Shown here: in pieces, positions 11,299 through 18,815 of the stretch
Layout: each line of letters begins with the position of its first letter
Position numbering within the stretch: the first letter of the stretch is position 1
Assembly (NCBI GenBank): GCA_034530615.2
Contig: JAVRCV020000049.1
Location: 32,001-96,000 of the forward strand
Direction: 5' to 3'
DNA length: 64,000 nt
From: Aulosira sp. ZfuVER01
Lineage (GTDB): Bacteria > Cyanobacteriota > Cyanobacteriia > Cyanobacteriales > Nostocaceae
Program-made: the position numbers and the translations under genes
The notes under the pieces: model-generated
Told to the model about the DNA's origin: nothing
The model's database searches: none
What the model saw: only the letters and a program-made list of their open reading frames with translations

Positions 11299-11320
11299 GC
11301 AGTTAAATAAACTTCCCTTA

Positions 11321-11472
11321 GAGGTTGTTTTAAAAGTACTGGGCTGTGATTTGAGGCACTTATTGATCCCCTGAAAAAGCAGTAAGTTAGAATCAAAGTC
11401 CCCCTTACAAAGGGGGATTTAGGGGGATCTAAAAGTATTTGATACATTACTAATGACTTTTAAAACATCCTC
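11321..11472. mobile_element. 152-bp MITE with terminal inverted repeats and TTA target-site duplication
   Basis: Left end gaggttgttttaaaagt versus reverse complement of right end gaggatgttttaaaagt (one mismatch). TTA at 11318-11320 and 11473-11475. Confidence 0.75.
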
Positions 11473-11558
11473 TTAATAATTAGAGCATTACTCAAAAAAT
11501 TCATAATATTCTAATTTTGTAAACCCTTAGTGTTGGAGTACTAGATACTCCAAATTGG

Positions 11559-12023
11559 TCATTTTTGAATCTCCATTTTTGAAATTAAAGATTCTTTTTT
11601 TGTTTTCCCGCAAGGTTCTGCACTTTGACAATCACTCACTGACTCGATTTTATAATCTAAACTAACTTTCTTGTTTAACAAAGTTTCGGGTTTCTCGCAA
11701 ACCTCAAATGTTGCACCTAAATTATGTTTAATTCCCTTTTCATCGACTAGGGTAACGTAGCATTTGAGATCGCCATTAACTACCTCTTTAACTGTGCCAA
11801 TTTTTGGTTGTCCTGTGGCTGATGTCTGAGTTTTATCAGTATTGGCTTTGCTGTTAGATGGTTTTTTGGTAGCTACTGTTTTACTTTGGGTATTTGTAGA
11901 GGTTTGTGGCTGAGATTGCGTTTTTGTGGAAGTTTCTTTTGCAGTATCAGTTTGGGAGTTACTGCAACTGGTAATCCAGATAGAACAAATAATTAACGCA
12001 ATTGTTGGAGCTAACTTTTTCAT
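11559..12023 (-). CDS. Hypothetical lipoprotein
   Basis: Signal peptide ending ITSC, a Ser/Thr-rich linker, and a small C-terminal domain with four Cys. Confidence 0.7.
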   Translation of the reverse strand: MKKLAPTIALIICSIWITSCSNSQTDTAKETSTKTQSQPQTSTNTQSKTVATKKPSNSKANTDKTQTSATGQPKIGTVKEVVNGDLKCYVTLVDEKGIKHNLGATFEVCEKPETLLNKKVSLDYKIESVSDCQSAEPCGKTKKESLISKMEIQK

Positions 12024-12188
12024 TAATGTATTTTTGAAACCTAAAAATTAGGTTAGTTTCACTACTATCAAAAATTTAAAATGAATTTCTCAATAGTGTG
12101 AAATACTAAACCTAGATAAACTACACTTGTCTAGCAAAAGTTTTACCCAAAAACAGCTATAGTACATAAGATTTAATATCCACAGATT

Positions 12189-13250
12189 TTAAACCATTTG
12201 CTTTACCTGAGATTTTGCTAATTCACTAGGAGCAAATGCACCATTTTCTGTGATGATAGCTGTAATCAACTCTGCTGGGGTGACATCAAAAGCTGGATTA
12301 TAAAAGTCAACACCTTCAGGTGTCAAAATGGTATCGCCTACTTGATAAATTTCTGTGGGATTACGCTCTTCAATGGGAATTTGGCTACCATCGGATAGTT
12401 CAAAATCAACGGTAGATAGGGGTGCAGCGACAAAGAAAGGAATATTATGTGCTTTGGCTGCGATCGCTACACTATAAGTACCAATTTTGTTGGCAGTATC
12501 GCCGTTAGCCGCAATTCGATCGGCACCAACAACAACGGCATGAATTAATCCTTGCTTCATGCAGTGAGCAGCCATATTATCAGTGATGAGTGTAACAGGA
12601 ATGCCTTCTTGAACGCATTCCCAAGCAGTGAGTTTTGCACCTTGTAAGCGGGGACGAGTTTCGTCGGCAAATACACGCGCTAAACGTCCTTCTCTCCATG
12701 CGGAACGCACCACACCCAAAGCAGTACCATACCCAGCAGTTGCTAGTGCGCCAGCGTTGCAATGAGTCAGAATTGTTAGCTTAGCTGGGTTTTTAGGTAA
12801 GACTGTCAAGCCATTGTCACCGATCGCTTGACAAGTTTGCAAATCTTCAGCATTGATTGCTTGGGCAGTTTGGAAGAGAGTTTGTTTGAGTTCTGCTACT
12901 GTTCCCAAACTTTCATAGGCAGTTTTCATCATGCGGCTAATTGCCCAAAATAAATTTACCGCTGTCGGGCGTGTAGAACGCAACAATTGGGCAACTTGTT
13001 CTAAGTGTTGTAAAAATTCATTGCGATCGCTGGTTTCAATCTCCCTCGCCCCAAGATAGATTCCATAAGCTGCGGCTACACCAATTGCTGGCGCACCTCG
13101 GACAATCATTGTTGTAATTGCCCTTGCCATATCTTCGCTGCGGTGAATCTCGACAAACGCATACTCGTTAGGTAAGCGGGTTTGGTCAATTAGTGATACC
13201 GAGTCGTTATGCCAAATAACTGGGTAAACTTGGTTGGGGGAATGTGTCAT
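12189..13250 (-). CDS. mtnA: S-methyl-5-thioribose-1-phosphate isomerase
   Basis: [50 protein letters not shown]. Confidence 0.95.
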   Translation of the reverse strand: MTHSPNQVYPVIWHNDSVSLIDQTRLPNEYAFVEIHRSEDMARAITTMIVRGAPAIGVAAAYGIYLGAREIETSDRNEFLQHLEQVAQLLRSTRPTAVNLFWAISRMMKTAYESLGTVAELKQTLFQTAQAINAEDLQTCQAIGDNGLTVLPKNPAKLTILTHCNAGALATAGYGTALGVVRSAWREGRLARVFADETRPRLQGAKLTAWECVQEGIPVTLITDNMAAHCMKQGLIHAVVVGADRIAANGDTANKIGTYSVAIAAKAHNIPFFVAAPLSTVDFELSDGSQIPIEERNPTEIYQVGDTILTPEGVDFYNPAFDVTPAELITAIITENGAFAPSELAKSQVKQMV

Positions 13251-13419
13251 AGAAAGTGAGAATTATTTTAAGAAGGCATTAAATACTAATACCAATTCTG
13301 TATGAAAATGCGCTGACGCGCAAGAAATAAAAACGAACCACGAAGGGCGCAAAGAACGCGAAGATAGGAGATATAGATAGAATTTGAACCTGGTTCACAA
13401 ACAAACGGTATCAATAGCC

Positions 13420-13857
13420 ATGACGGCAGAAAATAAAAGATTGGAAAAGCTGATCGGCAGGCTCCATAGTAGAAGTTTACCTGAAGACGTTTCTCACCAA
13501 ATAATCAAACTTGGTAAGCCAGCATATAATTACTTATTCCAGAAAATAGACGAGCCGACGCTTACAGAATGTCAAGTTATTAATATAATTCGTGTTTTAT
13601 ACGCTATGCGGTGTCATGGCGACATACAAATATTTATTAACAAACTGTTATTGCTTACCAAAAATGAAAGAATATCAGTCCGCTCTGTCGCATCACATTT
13701 GTCAATTTGCTTGGTTCTTATGGCTGAGGCTTTTGAAGAATTAAATATTCCTTTACAACGAGAAATGCTAAAACCATTATTACAAAATGCTTTTGTTATG
13801 GGATTAAACCCTGGGGTTGCAGAATTTACAAAACATTTTCTGAGTAATACAAATTAG
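13420..13857 (+). CDS. Hypothetical helical protein
   Basis: AT-rich ORF. The ATG at 13420 is preferred over the TTG at 13384. No motif recognised. Confidence 0.5.
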   Translation: MTAENKRLEKLIGRLHSRSLPEDVSHQIIKLGKPAYNYLFQKIDEPTLTECQVINIIRVLYAMRCHGDIQIFINKLLLLTKNERISVRSVASHLSICLVLMAEAFEELNIPLQREMLKPLLQNAFVMGLNPGVAEFTKHFLSNTN

Positions 13858-14561
13858 TCTTCAAGTGATATTTCACCCGAGGCGATCGCATCTAATTTCT
13901 TCATATCAAGTATCGTTATCTTACCTCCGCGGCTATAAGCAATTATCGACTTCAGGCTTTTAATTAAACGCAGGCATTCCTCGTAAGAAATGCCAATACT
14001 CCGAGCCATGTGATAGTAAGATAATTTAACTTTTAAACATTCGCCTTCTGGCGTTGATTCAGTTCCAGATTCGGCGGCATAATATTGAATTAACCTCGCA
14101 AGCCTGACAATTGCTCTTTCAGAAACTAATCCATGAACTGTTTCATGCAATTGCTGAATCCGATTGTTAAAAACCATCAACATCCGTAAAGCAATCTCCG
14201 GATTTTGTTGGATAGCTTTTAATAAAGCATCTCGTTCTACAGTGAGAATTTCGCAATCAGATTCAGCAGTTACAGTTGCAGGAGAAATGCCATTTCCTAA
14301 CAAAGCAGGTGCAGCAAAAATTTCTCCATTAGCTAAGGTACGCAGAATCGTTTCTTTGCCTGTAGTTGCTGTTTTGGTAACTTGAATGGCACCACTGACA
14401 ACAGCATATAATTTGGCTGGTAAGCGATCGCCTTCATGCAGAATAATCTCTCCTTTGCTATAGCGTTGTACCTGGGTTTGCGGTTGCAGGCTTACCTTGT
14501 CTGCTGTGTCTAAATCTGCAAACACGGTAATTTGCGAGAGTTGTTCTATAGAGGCTTGCAT
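13854..14561 (-). CDS. Crp/Fnr-family transcriptional regulator
   Basis: The ATG at 14561 overlaps the amidase stop (TAATG). cNMP fold (GEIFAAPALL) and C-terminal HTH. Confidence 0.85.
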   Translation of the reverse strand: MQASIEQLSQITVFADLDTADKVSLQPQTQVQRYSKGEIILHEGDRLPAKLYAVVSGAIQVTKTATTGKETILRTLANGEIFAAPALLGNGISPATVTAESDCEILTVERDALLKAIQQNPEIALRMLMVFNNRIQQLHETVHGLVSERAIVRLARLIQYYAAESGTESTPEGECLKVKLSYYHMARSIGISYEECLRLIKSLKSIIAYSRGGKITILDMKKLDAIASGEISLED

Positions 14562-15958
14562 TATGTCGCCAAGGCTGGACGATGCTGAAGCCAAGGATTA
14601 GCAGCTTCTAGTTGTGCGGCTAGGCTGATGAGTGTTTCTTCCGCACCAGGTTTACCAACTAACTGCACGCTAATGGGTACACCATTACTATCAAAACCTA
14701 CAGGAAGTGCGATCGCAGGTTGTCCCGTCGCATTTGCTGGGGGACAGGGTGCTACCCAGTTAATAATATTTTGGAATGTCTCTTCTGGACTTAAGTCAGC
14801 CCATTCTCCCACCCGAATCGGTGAATGCAGATACACTGGCAATACCAACACATCAACTTCATGGAAAAATGCCACGATTTGCCGTGATACCATCTGCATC
14901 TGTGCTACTGCTTGCAAATATTCCGCCGCAGAACCCGATCGCATCAACAGAAAACGATTGAATGGTTGCAAAATTTCCGCCGGAATTCCCGCAGCACCTA
15001 CCCCAGCTTGCCAGACGATTTGAAATGGTTCGACTAAGCCGCTAAAATCTGGGCATTTCTCTTCAACTTTATGACCAAGTTGTTCCAATAACTTAACTGT
15101 TTGCAAAACTCCTTGCTCGCAGTTAGCATCTGCTTCACCCAAGGGAGGAACGATAGTGCTAAAAGCGATGCGTAATTCTCCCAGTTGTGTTTGAGTAGCG
15201 GCGAGAAATGATGGCTGTGGATCTGCTAACCAGTAAGGATCGCCTGGAAAATAACCAGACATTGTATCTAAAAGTGCAGCCGCATCCGCAACAGTACGGC
15301 CAAGCGGCCCGTTAGTGGCAAGTCCAGAAAGGCGATCGCCTACAGGCGCATGAGTTACTCTTCCCCGTGATGGCTTAATTCCGACAACACCGCAACAAGC
15401 CGCAGGCCCGCGAATCGAACCACCGCCATCAGAACCTTGAGCGATCGCACACAATCCTGCTGCTACTGATGCAGCTGCACCACCACTAGAACCGCCAGGA
15501 GTGTAATCTAAATTCCACGGATTTCTCGCTGGGGGGAATCCCGTAGGTTCGCTGTAAGGAAAAGAACCTAATTCCGAAGTTGCAGTTTTACCCAGCAGCA
15601 CAAATCCCGCTTGTCTAATGCGAGTTACTACCCCATCATCATAGTTCAGGATATTGTTCATTAATGCTGGATTGCCGTAAGTACAAGGTACACCAGCTAC
15701 AGCGTTGAGGTCTTTGATAGAAATTGGGACGCCAAAAAATGGTGGTAACTCTCTTGTATTGGCGAGTACTTCTGTTTTGGCTTGAGCGTCTGCGATCGCC
15801 AAATCCGCCATCACTGTAAAATAACTTCCTAATTGGGGATTTAAGCGCTCAATTCGTTCTAAATAAATATTTACCAACTCTAGCGGCGACACTTCCCGGC
15901 GACGGATTAATTGCGCCAACTCCAGTGCTGGGGTAAAAGCTAAATCAGTTTCATTCAT
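14561..15958 (-). CDS. Amidase-signature family amidase
   Basis: GVPISIKD, PGGSSGGAAA, GSDGGGSIRGPA (Ser-cisSer-Lys triad). Confidence 0.93.
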   Translation of the reverse strand: MNETDLAFTPALELAQLIRRREVSPLELVNIYLERIERLNPQLGSYFTVMADLAIADAQAKTEVLANTRELPPFFGVPISIKDLNAVAGVPCTYGNPALMNNILNYDDGVVTRIRQAGFVLLGKTATSELGSFPYSEPTGFPPARNPWNLDYTPGGSSGGAAASVAAGLCAIAQGSDGGGSIRGPAACCGVVGIKPSRGRVTHAPVGDRLSGLATNGPLGRTVADAAALLDTMSGYFPGDPYWLADPQPSFLAATQTQLGELRIAFSTIVPPLGEADANCEQGVLQTVKLLEQLGHKVEEKCPDFSGLVEPFQIVWQAGVGAAGIPAEILQPFNRFLLMRSGSAAEYLQAVAQMQMVSRQIVAFFHEVDVLVLPVYLHSPIRVGEWADLSPEETFQNIINWVAPCPPANATGQPAIALPVGFDSNGVPISVQLVGKPGAEETLISLAAQLEAANPWLQHRPALAT

Positions 15959-16172
15959 GCCTTAGCTAAGGGGTACTGTGAGCTTTTCTGAAAATCTTTA
16001 AATTCCAGTGTTACTTTAGCAGGATTTCTGGGAACTATATAGCAATCTTATTTGATTTGTGAACTTACTCGTGGAGGAAGGCAATAGGCAATAGATATTT
16101 TTGCTCTCACCTTGCTTCACAGCCATTTTAATTGTTTCATATACACTTTCGACCAATCCCCAAGGGATATTT

Positions 16173-17636
16173 ATGGATAACCTAGACAAGCTTCTACATG
16201 AACTGACAAAACTTGTTGAGAGTCTGAGGCTGACTGTTGGTGATTCTCATACAATTAAGCAAGAAATCATCCGGCTAAATTTTGTTCAGGAACAACTCCG
16301 CAATCTCCAAGGTGCGATCGCTCAAGAAATAGCTGTTGCAAAAATTAATAATCCAGCAGTTAGTGTACTTTCTTTGGGTACAGAAAGCACTATATTTCCT
16401 TCTCACAGCCGTTTAGTAGATCCATTGCTGACAACTGGAGAAAGATTTATCGCTCACAAATTTGGTAATGAACCAACCAAAGTATCTTTAAATGAATTAG
16501 AATCTCAAATTTCCCGTTGGCTGGAATGGGGTGAACTGCTTCAGACAATAGCTGAAGATATTGTAAGCAATTCTCAATTTATTAATCAACTGAATTCTAA
16601 TATCAACTATCCTAGTTTACCAAGTAAGTTACAAGAGCTTGAAGGAAAACTCAAGATTGACTTAGTTTATAATAAAGCGAAAGTTTTACAGCAGCAAATT
16701 CAGCAAATAGGCAAATACCAAGAGGAATTGTTGCAAGTACAGGAAAAGTCTAGCAAAGTATTTGATAGGATTAAAAATACCCAAAATATTCTATTAATAT
16801 TACTGAATTTATCAGCTTTTTGTGGCAGTTCCGGCTTGGAATTAGAATGGTTTGATGATGAATATGGATTCATAATATCTAGTGGTGACAAATGTCAAGC
16901 CTTGGCAGATATTATCTATGATTGCGAATTATTTCAAGAAGAAATTGATGCCTTAGTTGGCGATACTAACAATTTGTTAGAACAGGCAGAAATAGCTATG
17001 AGCAATCTTCCTCAGAGTAAAAATCTGGAACAAATAACAAAATTATTATCACAAAATATAGTACATTCGGCTTTATTTATTAGCTCAAGTTTATTAGTAT
17101 TAGGTTTTGGTACTTGCATAGTTAAAGATAAAATTGTCACTATGCAGCAAACTCAAAATATCAAACAAGAAAAAATTGCCCTAGCTAACTTGAAATCTGC
17201 TAAAAGTCTGGGTATGGAAGCTGCTGTTATCGTTCAAAAAACACCATTGCCACTAAAAGATTGGCAGCAAGCCGAGAGCAAATGGCAAAAAGCAGTAAGC
17301 TTGCTAGAGGCTATTCCTAAAGATACATCTATTTCTCCACAAACCAATAAACAACTAGTTAAGTATCGTGCCTACCATACTGCTATTAGTCAAAGAGTTG
17401 CTTTGGAAAAGAAAGCAGTATCAAACTTAGAAGCTGCCGAAAAGTTAGCATTAGAGGCTGAGTTTATTATTAAAAATGCGCCTGAAAAATCGGCAATTTT
17501 ACAGCAAGCCAAAGATAAATTACAAGAAGCAATTAATTTATTAGAACCTATTTCTGAAAGTACTTTCGTCTCTAAACAAGTGCAAGAAAAACTTGCGAGT
17601 TATAAAAATAAATATGAGGCGATTAAGACAAAATAA
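16173..17636 (+). CDS. Hypothetical membrane protein: coiled-coil N-terminus, one TM, helical-repeat C-terminus
   Basis: ATG at 16173. Hydrophobic segment ALFISSSLLVLGFGTCIV, then two repeats of A..L..EA...W/LQ.A..LLE.I. Confidence 0.7.
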   Translation: MDNLDKLLHELTKLVESLRLTVGDSHTIKQEIIRLNFVQEQLRNLQGAIAQEIAVAKINNPAVSVLSLGTESTIFPSHSRLVDPLLTTGERFIAHKFGNEPTKVSLNELESQISRWLEWGELLQTIAEDIVSNSQFINQLNSNINYPSLPSKLQELEGKLKIDLVYNKAKVLQQQIQQIGKYQEELLQVQEKSSKVFDRIKNTQNILLILLNLSAFCGSSGLELEWFDDEYGFIISSGDKCQALADIIYDCELFQEEIDALVGDTNNLLEQAEIAMSNLPQSKNLEQITKLLSQNIVHSALFISSSLLVLGFGTCIVKDKIVTMQQTQNIKQEKIALANLKSAKSLGMEAAVIVQKTPLPLKDWQQAESKWQKAVSLLEAIPKDTSISPQTNKQLVKYRAYHTAISQRVALEKKAVSNLEAAEKLALEAEFIIKNAPEKSAILQQAKDKLQEAINLLEPISESTFVSKQVQEKLASYKNKYEAIKTK

Positions 17637-17708
17637 AAAATTGCTCGGGGAGATAAATAATTTCTCTTGATTAGGCCTCTTGCATAAGTCGAGGTTTTTG
17701 ATATTGGA

Positions 17709-17758
17709 TCGCAGATAAACACCGATAAATAAATATCAGTGTTTATCTGTGGTTTTTT
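17709..17758. terminator. Hairpin between convergent genes (probable terminator)
   Basis: cgcagataaacaccgat-loop-atcagtgtttatctgtg, followed by a T run. Confidence 0.5.
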
Positions 17759-17776
17759 ATTCTTAAAATATACTTT

Positions 17777-18045
17777 ATATTCTCGTTTGTTGCGATCTAA
17801 GTCAGCTTGTGCAGATGCGATCGCTTGCTGCATTAAATTCGACTCAGCCGCAATTTGAGTTTGTAGTGCATTCAGTTGAGCAGCGATTTGTCTAAGTTGT
17901 AACTTATTCTGCTGGATATTATCTGCAATTTGTTTTTTTTGGTTCATCTCACCAAAATCTTTTTAACAGCACCTTCTCCGGCTGACTGCACTAACCGTAT
18001 ATCTCCGTCAGGATGGATTGTAGCGGGTGCTTTCACAGTGACATC
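17777..18045 (-). pseudogene. Decayed HlyD-family (membrane fusion) secretion adaptor fragment
   Basis: The minus strand 18045-17947 reads DVTVKAPATIHPDGDIRLVQSAGEGAVKKILVR then a stop, resembling the HlyD beta/lipoyl N-terminal motif. A different frame continues as the coiled coil QKKQIADNIQQNKLQLRQIAAQLNALQTQIAAE...DRNKREY. No N-terminal TM and no C-terminal half. Confidence 0.72.
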
Positions 18046-18063
18046 ACTTAACAAATGGCTCAC

Positions 18064-18101
18064 AAAAAAACCTGGAGAGGTAATTTAAAGCACTCTCCAG
18101 G
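18064..18101 (-). terminator. Rho-independent terminator downstream of the two peptide genes
   Basis: 9-bp stem cctggagag/ctctccagg (18071-18101) followed on the minus strand by seven T. Confidence 0.75.
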
Positions 18102-18177
18102 CTGTCATTGTGAATATTAAGCTACATTACACAGAGTTACCGTAATTTAAACCCTGTAGTTCTAGATTTTGCCTTTA

Positions 18178-18306
18178 TCAGTCCAACGCGGGCATCCCAT
18201 AACCACCAGAAACGTTAGACATTTCCTTTTCATCCAGGCGTACAACTGGTAAAGTTCCTGAGTTAGGATTTTTGGTGTCTTTTTTAGCTTGTTTTTTGAA
18301 CAACAT
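18178..18306 (-). CDS. Double-glycine leader precursor peptide A, 42 aa: MLFKKQAKKDTKNPNSGTLPVVRLDEKEMSNVSGG|YGMPALD
   Basis: Hand-translated and below the ORF-track cutoff. AAGGA RBS-like motif upstream, L-x-E-x-E-M-x-x-V-x-GG leader end, TGA TAA double stop, paralogue 237 bp away, adjacent C39 transporter. Confidence 0.82.
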   Translation of the reverse strand: MLFKKQAKKDTKNPNSGTLPVVRLDEKEMSNVSGGYGMPALD

Positions 18307-18420
18307 AAGTCATCCTTGGGTTTTTTGTGAGTGATTTTAAGCTTTTAATACTGTCAATTAAGACTTATATCCGACAAGAGTTTACAAGCTAACACTAGAG
18401 GTCAAAAATTTCCTTTTCAT

Positions 18421-18543
18421 TCAAAGGTAAGCAGGAGGTCCACCACAAACGTTAGACATTTCCTTTTCATTCAAGCGCACAATTGGTAAAGATCCTAAGT
18501 TATGATTTTTGGTATCCTTTTTAGCTTGTTTTTTGAACAACAT
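18421..18543 (-). CDS. Double-glycine leader precursor peptide B, 40 aa: MLFKKQAKKDTKNHNLGSLPIVRLNEKEMSNVCGG|PPAYL
   Basis: Hand-translated. GAGGA RBS-like motif upstream. The 35-aa leader differs from peptide A at 6 positions, with additional synonymous changes; the core is unrelated. Confidence 0.82.
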   Translation of the reverse strand: MLFKKQAKKDTKNHNLGSLPIVRLNEKEMSNVCGGPPAYL

Positions 18544-18634
18544 AAGTAATCCTCGGATTCTGTTTTGCTAATTTTGAACTTTTAATGTTGTCAATGAAGG
18601 CTTGTAGCCTAATTTACAATTTGAATTTAATTCA

Positions 18635-18660
18635 GCAGTGTTTGCTATAAACAACACTGC
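18635..18660. promoter_or_regulatory. Inverted repeat in the divergent promoter region between the peptide genes and the exporter
   Basis: gcagtgtt-N10-aacactgc. Function inferred only from position. Confidence 0.35.
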
Positions 18661-18815
18661 GTTACTTAACTTCATAACTCAAAAAATATTTAAGCGTCAC
18701 TACCTTGAAGAAAACTTTATTCCCAGATTATAATTTAAGTATTTATACGTAATTACTAGTTAATATATACATAGTTATGATTTAGCAGATGTATCCTTCC
18801 AGCTAATTCTGCAAA

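Noticed and set aside
13289..13411. Further MITE-like remnants (also about 9273-9350 and 16038-16140)
   Set aside because: Only short or degenerate inverted ends (e.g. atacc...ggtat) and no clear target-site duplication.
17600..17947. 115-aa ORF as an intact gene
   Set aside because: Its N-terminal half is an HlyD fragment, and the rest runs through a hairpin into the convergent gene.
18178..18543. Peptides as cyanobactin, microviridin, lanthipeptide or PatS/PatX precursors
   Set aside because: PVVRL faintly recalls cyanobactin leaders, but there is no PatA/PatG protease, no PFFARFL motif, no Cys/Ser/Thr in the cores, no RGSGR and no modifying enzyme in the window.
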